DNA of 64,000 bases from Camelus ferus (Eukaryota), in contig NC_045697.1 in the NCBI RefSeq assembly GCF_009834535.1, positions 54,810,001-54,874,000 on the forward strand, in the 5' to 3' direction. Position numbers and translations under genes: made by a program. The notes beneath the pieces were generated by a model, which was given only the letters and a program-made list of their open reading frames with translations, ran no database searches and was not told where the DNA came from. Below are positions 26,398 to 40,216 of this stretch, piece after piece. Positions within the stretch are counted from its first letter, which is position 1, and the number at the start of each line of letters is the position of its first letter.

Positions 26398-28479
26398 CTC
26401 TTTCTTACGTGATTTCCTCCATTTATTAGAGAAACAACTTTAGGGACTCCACCAAGCCATCATATTTTTTCTTGTTCCTCAGAAAAAACAACCTCAAAAT
26501 GATCATTCATGAGGCCATCTGTTTCCACATCATCTTTGTGTCACCTTAGCAGGAAAAAAGTGTGTGTTTACTGCTCACAAATTATCGCACTTCTCACCTC
26601 TGACATTACAGAATTTTTATTGTTTTTTGTGTGTGTGCTTAAAAAAACGTTATTTCAATTTGGGAAAGGAACCTACACTTGCTCTAGTTCAGATGCTGTA
26701 TATCCCAAACATACTCTTCGGAAGTAAACTTTCCTTTCAATTTGGGCCACAGAACACCAAGATAAGAAGTCAAATACAGGAGAGGAAGTAAATAAAATCC
26801 CTTTGAGTAAATAAGAAAAATCCTGATTTCAAATAATAAAGCACTTTAAGGACATCAAGTTGAACTACCTACCTCCTTTCATGGTTAAGAAAGTTATACT
26901 TTAAATTCCTATTTCAATACCACCCCTTTCAGAAATTGAAAGAAAATGCCCTTGTTAAATATGAAAGGTAGATGCACTGTGAAAATCCTTGAGGCCATGG
27001 GAAGAGAGTTTTTTAAGGGAAATGCAGTAACACTGATGACTTATGGCTGACCACAGTAATGCTGTTACTGTCATGAGCCATTCTGGACGATTCCAGGAGA
27101 CTGAAGCTTCCCCTTTCACATCCATCATTGCTGGAGTATTGAATGGGTAGCTAATGATATTGTCGGCCTGTGGTGATATACATGTCTCTTTCTTGGAGAA
27201 CAATAATCTTCACATTTCTGTTTGTGGCTCTGGGCAGAGCTGGCAAGGAGAATAAAATTTTCTATTATTTCCTGTCCAAGGGATGGAAATGCTGCCCCAG
27301 AGACTGCCTATGCTGAAACCTGAAACTACTTTTCATTCTCAAATAGTGCTCCCTTACTCACCAATAAATCCATAGTTTCCAAAGTCCTGGTGGTAAGCTG
27401 AAAAATAACATCACATGTTACTCTTCATCCCGATTTGGGATCACTTAACAATTAGATGATTAATTGAATAATTGTTGCTAACACTGGTAATGCAATTATT
27501 ACTACCCAAACAAGGTCACCATAGTGACCTCAAAGCTGTGGATCATGCTACAAGAGCAGTGGTGCTGTCTGATTTAGAAAAGACCCTGCTGATCCAGGCC
27601 CTGTGTTGGAAGACTGCCCAATTGATGATAGGTTGGGTCTAAGCAAGGCATCCCAGTGAGGTCAAGCCATTTACACTGGAGACAGAGAAAAATAGGTCAT
27701 CTAGTGTGGATGTGTTATTCTCATAATTTATAGTCTTTACATCTATAGTGACCTGCTTCTGTCTTTTGTCCCCATCCAATATCATATTCCTATACTTTTC
27801 ACATCATTCAGTATATCCACTTCCATACTGAATATTGTATTATCTGTTCTTGTTGTTTAAGTAGAAGAGTGCTGTGCATTTATTCTTCTGATCCTATTCT
27901 TAGCATTTATCTAAATTGCCCAGAACTTTGTTATTTCAATTTCTCACTCTCACTCCATTTATTAACTGTTATTATTGGGCAGATCATTTAATTTCTCTGG
28001 ATATGATGGGTACTTTGTATGTGTGAGGCTATTTTGGACATTCTACAAATATAATTGAAAAGACATTTTTTCTGTTTTTCTATCATCTTTTAGCACAATA
28101 TCTTATACACAAGAAACCTATTGTGAGTTAGTGAACTTAACTAAATTAAGACACAGCCCTTGCCCTCAATAAAAGGTTGATTGTTATAAATGTTAAGTGA
28201 GATGTCAGTTGGGAGTTGCTACAGCCCTGCATTTTCTAAAGGACAGTGGTGACTTCTTTTCTCCAAATCCATGGCCTGTGGAAATCTGGAGCTTCCATCA
28301 ATATTTCTGTTTTTTCTTTGTGTAGAGAGTGATGGAGGATATAGGCCAGCTGGGATTCTCTGCTTCTTAGTTTCATCCTCGTGGTTTGTTTCTGTTCTAC
28401 AGTGTATTGCTCCAAGGTGAAATCTAGCTCTTTAATTGATTTTCATTGCCAAAACATCACTTAACATGTATTCCTGAAT

Positions 28480-31110
28480 TTACTAGACTTTATTTGTATT
28501 TTTTCTTTAAATTAAAAAAAGAAGAATCTTTCCCAGTCATTTCTCACTTACATCCACTTTCCATGTGTATCTGCTGTCTGGGTATTTAGTTTTATATAAA
28601 TGCATATGATAAAATGTGTAAGAATATGTAAGATATATTTTGTGTTTATAATATGTTTAATATGTATGTTTTGCATTTATTTAAAACATTCATACAGAGA
28701 TATTTTGATGTAGTTCTTGTTCTAAGTTTTTTAAACAAAGCTTTTTTAAAGATCTATCAATGTTGATATATATAATTTTAGCATTCAGGGGGAATACTTA
28801 ATATAACATTTTATTTCTATTTTCACCTAGATAGGTATTTAAATATGCTTTCAATTATTTCCATTACAAACAATGCTACAAAGAGCATGTTTGTACCTCT
28901 ATCTTTGTATTTATCTTTAGAAGTTTCTCTAGGGTACCAGAGTGAAAAAGAGTGGCTTTTAAAGCAAAGAGTGGAATAGAGCATAAGGTGTGCACATACT
29001 GTACTCGGTTACATTATAGTCTAATTGTACCATAAATGACTCCACTAATGCATAATCCCACAATCCTTTTCAATATTTCATGTTGTCTAATTGTTACATT
29101 TGTCACATTGGTATAAAGTGGATATGCTATATATAATGGATCTCTGAACATACATGCATCTGTTTCTATATTTCGCTTTTTTCCTATTACTACAACACTG
29201 CCTTAATTACTATAACCTTGTAAAATATATTAATCTTGTTAAATTAAGCTCTGCTATTTGCTCTACTTTTTCAGGATTATCATAGTTATTTTTAGAATTT
29301 TATCCTTCCATATTAATTTAAAAATTTGCAAACTAGGATTGCCACATTGCATAAGTCCAAAGGGCACCATTTACGTAATACATAAACTGCAACAATGTAG
29401 TCCTGTGATAAATTCCTTTAAACTCTTAAAATATTTTGACTGCAATTGCCATTGAATGTGTAGGTTAATTTGGCAGAAGTTGACATATTTATAATATTGT
29501 TATAGGCTTTGTGTAATTATATACTTATATATATTCTATAAGGATATAATTTTAGTTTGGTTTCTTTTTCACTTCACTAACACTAGAACCTAGATGGGAA
29601 TCTGACCCAGCAGGAATTCAGTACATAATTGCTGAATGAATAAAGTTTTCTACCCACCCATTCATTCTTTCATGTGTATAGTATATTTCTCCACATACTT
29701 TGGTATATTTGGATGTCTTATTAAATGTCATTTAATAATGTTTACATGTTTTCAAGAATGGTTTTGTAAAACTTTTGTTAGATTAATTCCTAGATACTCT
29801 ACAAATTTTGTTTAAATGATAACTACTAGTATAGGTAAACTTAGCTGATTTTTTGAGATGACATTCATATATTGCTACAGTGTCATTAATTTTAGCAGTT
29901 CATCTATTTTTTTTCCTATGGACATGATCATATCTTTTTCAAATGACATTTTAACTCTTTATTGGAATATTTAAATCTTTTGGTTATCTTACTGCATTGA
30001 CCAGGGCCTCCATGAAGTATTTGCAGTATGTTTTTTCTAGTCACTTACTATACAGTTATAAAAGATTCTCTCTGTCTGCTTTGCTGAGGGTTTTAAAAAA
30101 TAAGTAAAAGTTAAATTTTATTGAATGCTTTTATTTTTACACAATTTATAATGACATAGTTTCCTCTTTAATCAATTACTCTAATTAATAAATTATCTAA
30201 TTTTGAGGTATCTTTCAATTTAGAAAATTAATACAACAATTTGCAAAAACAATACAACTTACATGTTTCTACAAAATACTGTTGGACTCATTTACATAGT
30301 CCTTTATGTAGAATTTTTGTGAATACTTTCACAAATGGAAATGACCTACAGTGTTACTTTCTTGAATGTATATCAGTATAACAGTAAATGTTATACTGTT
30401 CTCATAAGATTAAGAGGCAGCTTTGTCTCTATTTCTGTTCTCTAGGAGAAATTATAGAAGCTGTAGGCTATTATGTGCTCCTTGGATGGTTGATTAAAAC
30501 TGCCTGAATAAACTATCTGGGTGGTGACTTCTTTTGGAGAGAAGTTTTCATCTATCATCCTATTATTTTTAATGGTTATTGATTTATTCCAGCTTTCTAT
30601 TTCTTACTGGCCAATTTTAGCAATCAAAAGATTCAGTTACAATTAAAAAAAATCTCTGCTCTATAAGTAGTGTTGTTTCTCTCCTTCATTCTGAATTTTG
30701 CTTATTTATTAATTTTATATTTTTTCTTGATCAGTCTTGCTAGAGAATTGCCTATGTTAGTTGTCTTTTAAAAATAGAGTTTTGCTAATCTTTTCTTTTC
30801 CTTATTTTTCTATTTCACTGATTTTTGCTCTTATATTAATTATTGATTTCTTACAGTTTTAAAAAGCATTTAATTTTCTAATTTTTTTATTTTCTATATT
30901 TTCTAATTTTTAAGTTGAATGCTCAACTAATTTGTTTTTGGTCATCCTTATTTACTGTTTTTACATCCATAAACTTAACTATACATATATCAATTTACCT
31001 CCAAAATTATGATGTGCAGTACTTTCATGATCTTTAAACTGTATTTCATAATTTTAGCTATTTACTCTTTGATCCATTGATTTTTGGATATAGGATAATG
31101 GATTTTCAAT
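28480..31110 (-). mobile_element. Highly diverged L1ME-type LINE fragments
   Basis: T-rich degenerate L1 antisense text: ttccatattaattttaaaat..., attgaatgtgtaggttaatttgg, tttcttgatcagtcttgctagag. Confidence 0.65.
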
Positions 31111-31210
31111 TACATTGTCTGTCTGTCTGTCTTTCTTTCTTTTGTATCCAATTGTTTTCTAATTTTTTAATATTGCAGTAGCTATAGGAGGCATGAAACA
31201 GGTGAGTCTT

Positions 31211-32576
31211 TGGTTTGCACAGACGTAGAGGAAAGTGGTGTTTGGAGGGCACCCTATTCAGGTCTGCAGAAAGAGGAGAAAGGCGGATGGCTGGAGACTG
31301 GCAACGGAAGGCAGCCAAAGCGGACGGCACCAGGTATTATCAAGAGAGCTTTCTTTCAAGTCCTCTTCTGGCCTGACACACCTCATTTTCTGATTTCAGA
31401 ATGAAATTATGTGTTCATTTTGCTGTGGCCTTGGATCTTGGTAGAAGTGGGACTGGATTCCAGGTTTCCGCGCCAGAAGCCTGAGTTGCTACTTGGGACT
31501 TTTGGTTTCCTGTAAGGCAACCGACTTGCTGCCCAAGCATGCACAATTCACTCCCCCATCTAATGTCGGGCAGTCCCATCCCCTGCACAGCCTTTGGGCT
31601 GGTACTTGGTCCCCCACACCTGGCTGCGTGACTGAGGAGAGAATCACTACTGCACTGTGACTCTGACTAGGGTGTCTTGGTGGTGTCAGTAAGGATTGGG
31701 GTATGCCTTCTAAGTGGCATGTGCCGGGCTCCTGAAGGACGAGCCTGTTATGCGGGGCCTCCAGCAGCTGGGGCGTTCAGGTGTTTCTCATCCAGGATTC
31801 CCCTACTGTTCCCTTTAGATCTCGCGAGACCGTGCTGTATCTGGCTTCTTCTGAGAACAGCGGTCACCGCGGCGTCTCAGGCGGGATTCCATCGTCCTCT
31901 GAGGTGTCCGTGATGCTCAGTTCTTCCCAGCCCGTTCTCTCCCTGCGCTTGTCAGGACCTGCGCTTATTTCCCCTCATCCACCCAAAGCCACAAAAACGT
32001 ACCCTGAGGGATTCAACAGCACCGTTTGCCTTCCTGGAAAACGGCATACTCCACCCACGCGGACTAGGCCCCGGCGAGCTGCCGCCATTGAGGGTGGTTT
32101 TCGTGGATGTAGAGGCAAGTAGTGTTTGAAGGGCACTGTACTCAGGTCTGCAAGAAGAGGGGAAGGAGGAAGCTGGCCGGAGACTGATGATGGAAGGCAG
32201 CCAAAGCTGACAGCACCGGATATTATAAGGTGAGCTCCCAGTCAGGTCCTCTGCTGGCCTGACATATCTTATATGGTGTTTTCGGAATGGAACTGTGTGT
32301 TTAGGTTGCTGTGGCTTTGGATCTTGGCAGAGGTGGGATTGGCGTTCCAGGGTTGTGTGTCAGTAACCGGAGTTGCTACCGCTTGGCTTTTGGGTTCCTG
32401 GAAGATTTGCTGCCCAAGCATGCGCAGTTCGCCCGTATTCTGACTTCTGGGCAGTTTCGCCTGGTACAGCCTTTGGGTGGAGCTTGGAACCCCACAGCTG
32501 GCTGGGCCACTGGGAGAGGCGTTGCTGTACTGTGACTCTAACTAAGGTGTCCTGGAGGTGTCGATGAGGATTAGGG
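31211..32576. repeat. GC/CpG-rich diverged tandem repeat, ~880-bp period, ~1.55 units (satellite/macrosatellite-like insert)
   Basis: 31211-~31700 aligns colinearly with ~32095-32576 (anchors gtagagg 31225/32109, ggaaggcagccaaagc, ttggatcttgg, gctgcccaagcatgc, ctgtgactct 31655/32530); roughly 70-80% identity by eye. Confidence 0.9.
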
Positions 32577-32587
32577 CCTCAGGGTTT

Positions 32588-34510
32588 ACCAGAGTGATAC
32601 ATTTGCTAAAACTGATGAACCTACTTGGTATATCATTATCACTCAAAGTCCATAGTTTATGTTTTAATTGTCTCTTGGTGTTGTATGTACATTCTATGGG
32701 TTTGGACAAATGTATAATGACATAGATTCATCATTACAGCACCATATAGAGCATTTTCACTACCCTGAAATCCCCTGTGCTATGATTATTCATCCCTCCC
32801 AACTCTATCCCCTGCAAACCACTGTTCTTTTTACTCTGTCCAAATACCAGACAGTTGGAATCATACAGTATGTAGCCTCCTTCAGATGGGCTTTTTCACT
32901 AACATGAATTTAAGGTTTCCCCGTGTGTTTTCATGGCTTGATAGCTCATTTCCCTTTAGTGTTGAATAATATTCCATTCACTTTGATGGATTATCTTAAA
33001 GTCATTGCTAGGCCCAAGGCCATCGAGGTTTACTCCAATGTTATCTTTTAAGAGTTTTATAGTTTTGCATTTTACATATACACTTATAGTCAATTTTGAG
33101 TTAATTTTTTGTGAAGAATGTGGGGTCTATGTCTAGATTGGTTTCTTCTTCTTCTTCTTCTCCTTCTTTTTTTGCATGCAGATGTCCAGTTGTTCCAGCA
33201 CCATTGGTTGAAAAGACTGTCTTTTCTTCACTATATGGCCTTTGCTCCTTTGTCAAAGATCAGTTGAGTCTGTTCATGTGGGTCTATTTCTGGACACTGT
33301 TACATTGCTTTATTTGTCTATTTTTTTGCCAATACCATGCCAATTCTTTCATCTTGACTATTGTTGCTTTATAATCTTGAAGTCTGGTAGTGACAGTCCT
33401 TCAACTTTTTCTCCTTCAATATTGTATTGACAATTCTAGATCTTTTGCTTCCCCATTTAAACTTTAGACTCAGTTTGTCAATATCTACAATATATACTTG
33501 GCTGAGAATTTGATTAAGATTGCATTGAATCTATACATGAAGTTGGGAAGAACTGACATGTTTGCAATATTGTCTTTCTGTCCATGAACATAAACTATCT
33601 CTCCACTTATTTAGTTCTTCTTTGGTTTTGTTCATCAGAGTTTTGAGTCTTTCTCGTATAGATCTTGTACATCTTCTGTTAGGTTTATACCCAAGTGTTT
33701 CATTTTTGTGAGTTCTGATGTAAATGGTATTGTTTTTAACTTCAAATTCCATTTGTCATTGCTGATGTAAAACGATTGACTTTTGTATATTAACCTCTAT
33801 TCTTCATCCTTATTGTAATCACTTTTTAGTTCCAGTAGGCTTTTTTTTTTGGGTAAATTCTTTCAGATTTTCTATATAGATGATTGTATCATTTGCAAAC
33901 AAGGGCAGTTATTCCTTCCCAGTCATTTTATCTTTTATTTCCTTTTGTTGTCTTAACTGTGGTAGCTAGTACTTCCAGTATGATATTGAAAAGGACTGGT
34001 GAGAGAGGACATTCCTGCCTTGTACCTTATCTTGGTGAGAAAGCTCTGAGTTTCTCACCACTAAGTATGATGTTAGCTGTAGGGTTTTCGTAGATACTCC
34101 TCATCAAGTTGAGGACTTTTTCTTCTATTCCAAATATACGGAGAGCTTTTTTCATGGGAGTGTGTTAGGTTTTTGTCAAATGCTTTTTCTGTGTCTATTG
34201 ATATGTGCATGTTATTTTTCTTTTTTAGCCTGCTGATGTGATGGATTATAGTGATTGATTTTTGAATGTTGAACCAGCTTTGCAAACCTAGGATACATCT
34301 CACTTGGTCATTTTATACATTGTTGGATTCAGTTTGCTAACATTGTGTTGTGGGTTTTTGCATCTCTGTTCATGAGAAATATTGGTCTGTAGTTTTCTAT
34401 TTTTTTAATTAACTGGAAAAATTTTAATTAATAAACATCAAATGTGGTTGGTAGTTTTCTTGTAATGTTTTTGTCTGGTTTTGGTATTAGAGTAATGCAT
34501 GCCTCATCAG
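32588..34510 (-). mobile_element. L1MC1/L1MD-like LINE (3'UTR plus ORF2 fragments)
   Basis: ccagagtgatacatttg...gatgaacctac...caaagtccatagttta 3'UTR; minus ORF 34073-34303 [18 protein letters not shown]...[11 protein letters not shown] is L1 RT. Confidence 0.92.
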
Positions 34511-37500
34511 CATATCTTTTTAACTTGATGATGGATTTTTGAATATATTCTGTATCTGCAAAATTAATGTACATTCTGTGTTTACTGGGCATACATTTTT
34601 GACATTCATTGGGTCAAATTTGTTAAAAGTATAATTCTAGTTTTCTATCTCCTTTTTTTCTTTGCTTGATTAGCTTTTAGATGGATGTGTTAGAATCTAG
34701 ACTAAAACTAAAACTTGTTTTTATTTCCTGGTAATTATTTCAGTTTTTGCTTTACATATTTTGAGATTCTACTATTGGGAGTGTATAGTCATGATTTTTG
34801 TATGTTGTCAGTATGTTGTTTCTTTTTCAGTGTGAAATTTTCATCTTTATCTCTAATGGCATTTTTTTAAACCTTAAGTTGTATTTTGGCTGGTACATAT
34901 TATTTACTATATATTTTAATTTCTTTGTTCTCCATCAATTTGTGAATATTTCTTTGATATTTAGGTCCCTAGGATAACATACTGTTGAATTTATCTGGAA
35001 AAAATTTATTTTCAGAGTTTATGTCTGATAAATGGTGAGTTACTGTAATTAATTACATAAGGACCTATTTCTAACACTTTATTTTGTATTCATAGTTACC
35101 ATGCTTTCCTTTTTCACTTTTGATAGAGATAAAATTTTCTATATTCAAATTTTATTTATAAAATAAATAATGTGTCTCCTTGGTTGGAAAGAGTACACTC
35201 TATTTTTAATAGTCTATTCTTTACCACTAATTGAGACCTATAATTGTTTATTTTTCCTAACAATATAAAGCAAAAACATCAACTCATTTTCATTTTTAAT
35301 TTCATCTCACCACCCCACCCCCCATGCCCAGTTTTCATTCTGATTATTCATCTGGTGGGTTTGGTGCTAAGGAGGGGATCTGTGACAAATGCCTTAGTTT
35401 ACATCTTAGAGTAGACTATTTAATTGATGTTAGTGAAGTTATTTTGTGGAGTGGGATTATAGGAATGGGTAACAATTCATAATCCACGGGCTACTGTCCC
35501 TAGCCTGGTTTCTTTTCCCCTTCTCCCCTCCCTCTTTTCACTTCTCAGTCTTTCAGTCCTAGATACTCTTCACAAGCTCCAAAGACTTCTTTCTGTTGTG
35601 CAGAGATGTGTCCTCTTACTGTTGAACCTTTACGTTGGCTAATACTACTCAGTCTCTTGGGGAAGACCTTCCATTTTTATCACAAATAAATGATTTTTTT
35701 TCCCTTTGAAAAAACTCTTTAATAGGATCCATAGTTCCAGCTGGGAAAATAATGGAATAGTCTCATTTTTATTACATGTGATAATTTTCATGTGCAATAA
35801 GAAGAAGTACAGTTGGAGAAGAGAGTCTATAAATATTTGTGTCTTGGGTAAATGGGAATATGGAGGGAGCAGAGTTCTTACAAACAAATTGATAATGATT
35901 TTTAGGATTTTTTTTCTTTAATAGTGAGAAATTCTTCTACAAGCAATTTGGTTTAACTAAAATATATTCTATAGAAGTGATGATGCATATTTGGTATGTA
36001 CTATTAATGACTGGACAGAGAAAAGACTCTTTAGGAGATGGTTTCTTTTTCTATGGCAATAGCAATTTTAGGGACAAAGAGAAAGTGGCTGAAGCAGAAG
36101 GAAGCAACAGTGGGTCTCCTATTTATGGTTGTGGCCATCAAATAGGTAACTTACACCCTATAATTTTGCATAATAGGGCTTGAAAACTCCTGCTGAACTT
36201 GACTCTAAAGGTTTCCAAGCTTACAACTGATAGGAAATGGTAGTGTAGTTACTTGTTTGTAAAGTGCTTTGAGATCCTTAAATAAAATGTGTTCAATATG
36301 TGAGTTTAGGGCTTTAAAGATAAAGAGGGAACATTTGGTGGTAGATTTATCCTTTTTTTTCCTCTATTATAATTTTTTTTTTTTCAGAAACATCAGGGTT
36401 TTCAGGGTCCTTTGTGGATTGCTTCTATCTTTATGGAATTCTGACTTTTAACTAGCACCCAGACAGTGTTTGGAAACAAAACGATAACAAAAGCAACATG
36501 CAGTCACTTCTTTGTTTTGTGGGTTTTTTATTAAAAATATTTTTTTTTACCTTCTAGCCTTTTATCTTTACACGTTCCTTTTTGTCTGACATTTCTGCAT
36601 TCATCACCCCATGTCTGGTTGCAATAAGGCTGTTATAAGATGGATGGATGAGGAGATGACAGGAATACAGACAATTCAAGTTTTCATTTCCTTTATAGCT
36701 GGAGTTTTAATAGTTCTCTAAGTCTGTATTTATGTTCTTATCAAAACCCCCTTTTAAAAGAAACTAGATAATAGTCTTTCTTCCTATCTCATTCCCAAAC
36801 TGTTTTCCATGATTCCTATTTTTTACAATATTATTAAGTCTCTTTATTACAAAGATAAAGAGAAGTAGATTCACTTAGATTCAATGAACTAACCAAGTTA
36901 GTACTTGCTCAAACGCCTCAGAATCCCCTTCTCTAGAAGTCAGGGTAATTGTACTCTTAGACTTCCTTTTTCTAACTCAATGAGCAGCAGCAGCCTGTGT
37001 GTGCAGCAAGTATTCAAAAAAGAACTTTTCTGATGGGTGGTTTTGTCATTTCCAACTTGTGTGTATCTTGCTGTAGAGCTGGAAATTGGACTTGAAGCAA
37101 ATTTTTTAAATGGGTAAAACGTTTTCTGAGAAAGTCAATGCTGATTACATAAGAATGACCTTTGATAGGTTATACATTTATTTTTAAAAATCCTGTTGCT
37201 CGCACTGATTTTTTTTCAGAATTAATATAAAAATGATGTTGTAGCACAAAAATACTGTAAGATAATGGAAAATGAATTTCCATGAGTAGATAGTAATTCA
37301 GTTTTATTCCTGCCTTAGTAACCTGTTTTTCATCTTTGGGGGAGGTATTTCCATATTATTTGGGTATGACGCAGTATACATTGCAGAGTCACAGTTATGG
37401 AGTATATATTCAGCAGGTATTTTAGCATGGCAAAAGATCTCTAGACCCACAGTGAAGGCTCAGCCCATCATCTGGCTATTGGTCAACTTTATACCATATA

Positions 37501-38599
37501 TATTTAGAAACCTACGACTTGAACTAATGTACATTTCAAATTTATTCCATGTTTATTCAAGTAGAATAAATGTATGGATAGCCAAAAATTTCCGTGGAAT
37601 ACAGTTGGTGTTGTTTAACCTTGTTATCTAGTTCTGTCTTCCCTAGCCTTTGCAGTCCCTGACGTTTTTGGCATGACGACTTGGTGTTGCAAATTTCTGA
37701 GTCAGCCCTCCATCACTGATGGTGGTCAGTACTTTAGGAAGCCCATGGTCAGCCATAGGAGGAAGCCCTTGTTCGCTTTGCTGTTTTAAGCCTGGTGTTC
37801 ATAGTAGCTGAAGTTAATCTTGGCTCCTGTGGTACTTGAGAGGCAGACTTTTAAAATCATTACTATATTTTCCACATTCATGTGATTGGGTTCTGGTTTG
37901 ATTTCCTTATTTTTTCTTTAATTCTCCTGGTGGACCTCATTACTCTAGTTTAGGGCTCTGACACTGTACAGATATCCCTTGCCACCATTTCTTCCTTTTC
38001 CATGGTGGTTGAGTCCTTATATCACCATCTATTAATGTCATTTCTGGGTTCCACTAAGAATTACCTGCCTAACTCTAAATATTGCCATTGCTTGAAAATC
38101 TTCTCTGCTCATTCACTGTATTGGATGCCCTGGATTGTAGACCCCTACAAATACTGAACTTGAGTTCATTATACAGTTCGGACATTCTAATTTGTACCTC
38201 TGTTGAAATTGATTCCTTCATGCATATCAATTGTTTTGTATTGGCCCCTTTCATTTGTAGCTTCCTTACCTTTTTCTACCATCTTCTTGCTGAGATTCCA
38301 GTACATTTTAGAGCTGAATCCACTCAAGTTAGGGCATTATTATTCAATCCCTGGTTCTCAAACTATTCCAAGGCATGATTCAATAATGCATAATAGCTTG
38401 GAGCTGAAGGCAGTTGTAATTAGTGTGTATTCCATCAGCCTCAGGTCTCACTTCAGTATCCCTTTATTACTTTTGGTAATTAGAGATCTAAAGCAGACAT
38501 TTCAAGCTAAACAGTTCTATAGTTGCACTAAATGCTGTGAAAAACATTGTTTTCAGCCGTGCTGTCTTCTAAATGGAAAAAGGGTGCTTGCGTCACATG

Positions 38600-38960
38600 A
38601 AAGTTGAACATATCATCCTCACTTCTAGGCCATATCTACCTACTTTCTTTTCTCTGCATATTCCATTCTATGTCTCATTTCCATGTATTTGCACTTGTGG
38701 TTCCCTCTGACTAGAACACCCTTCTCTAACTTGTTCACAGGACTAACTTCTTACTTCTGCGGTTTTACCATCAATGGCAACTTCAGGCAACATTAGGTGG
38801 TCTCCTTGGTGTTTTCAGAGATCTCTGTGCTTTCTGCTATCCTAGAACTTACCATCCTGAATAATAATTGTTTGCCATGGCCTCTGAGCTCAGGCAGGAC
38901 CACTTTTTACCTCCATTACCTAACACACAAAGATACTCAGTAAATGTTACTGAATGCAAA
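38600..38960 (+). mobile_element. L2 3' fragment
   Basis: tttgcacttgtggttccctctgactagaacaccctt...gagctcaggcaggac...actcagtaaatgttactgaatg. Confidence 0.7.
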
Positions 38961-39231
38961 AATGTATTTCTCCTGATGTGGTAGACGTTAGGGTTTAGAT
39001 GTTTCAACACAAGATATTTCGTTAATTCTTATCTAGTTCAAAGTCTTTTAAAAAATATACTCTGAAAGGATTTTTGTATAGTTTTCATTAACAACAACTT
39101 TTGAAAAAGAAATAAATGAATTGGAAATAGTTTTTTGACAGTATTATATCAGGAATTTCAGGTATCACTGTACTTCATTTTACCCTGAGTTTTTTGGTGT
39201 CATCCTAATGGCATACATATTTGAACGTTAT

Positions 39232-40216
39232 TTTTCAGGTTTTTTGAGGTGTAATTAACAAATAAAATTGTAAGATATTTAAAGTTTACATCATAGTGAT
39301 TTGATATGTGTATACATTGTGAAATTACCATCACCTAGTTAATTAACACGTCCATAACCTCACATACTTATTTATTTGGTGAGAACATTTAAGTTCTAAT
39401 CGCTTAGCAAATTTCAATGATATAATACAGTGTTATCAATTATAGGCACCGTGTTTTAAATTATATCCTCAGACTTCATTCATCTTATGGCTGAAAGTTT
39501 GTACCCTTTTACTAAATTCTCTCTCTTACCTCCCAGCCCTTGGCAGCCTTTCTAAGGCTCTGACTTTTTTTTTTTTTTTTTTTTTTTAAGATTCTACATA
39601 TAAGTGATACCACATACTATTTGTCTTTCTCTGTCTGGCTTAATTCACTTAGAATATGACCTTAAAGTCCATTTATCTTGTCATAAATGACAGGATTTCT
39701 TCTTTCTCATGGCTGAATAATAATCCACTTTGTGTATGTGTATGTGTGTATAGCACATCTTTCTTATCTGTTTATCCATTGATGGACACTTAGGTCATTT
39801 CCATAGCTTGTGTGTTGTAAATAATGCTGCAGTGACCATGGGAGGGCAGATATCTTTTTGCCATCATGTTTTAGTTTCCTTTGGGTATACACCCAGAAGT
39901 GGGGTTGCTGGATCATATGGTAGTTCTATTTTTAGTTTTTTGAGGAACCTCCATACTGTTTCCTATAGTGGTTGCAACAGTTTACATTCCTATCAATAGT
40001 TCACAAGAGTTTCTTTTTCTCCACATCCTTGCCGACATTTGTTATCTGTTGTCTTTTTGATGATAACCATTCTAAGAGATATGAGGTGATAACCTCGTTG
40101 TGATTTTGATTTGCATTTCCCTGATGATTAGTGATGTTGAGCACCTTTTCATATACCAGGTATATGAAGACTATTTGTCTTCTGTGGAAAAATGTCTACC
40201 TAATTCCTCTGCCCAA
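39232..40216 (-). mobile_element. L1MA9-like LINE 3' end
   Basis: acaaataaaattgtaagatatttaaagt...ggtgagaacatttaagttc...gctgaaagtttgtaccctttt, followed by L1 ORF2-end antisense text. Confidence 0.9.

Noticed and set aside
31975..32088. Minus-strand ATG ORF MAAARRGLVRVGGVCRFPGRQTVLLNPSG as the first exon of a known gene
   Set aside because: No recognisable protein match, and it lies inside the repeat insert; kept only as supporting detail.
31211..32576. Direct repeats as the LTR pair of a small ERV/TRIM
   Set aside because: No TG...CA boundaries, TSD, tRNA-matching PBS or polypurine tract. A 20-30% LTR divergence in place would be hard to reconcile with the retained CpGs.
32095..32576. C/D snoRNA, miRNA-cluster unit or CENP-B box in the repeat
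   Set aside because: TGATGA at ~32185 is absent from the other copy, no shared hairpin is evident, and the TTCG sites do not fit the CENP-B box pattern.
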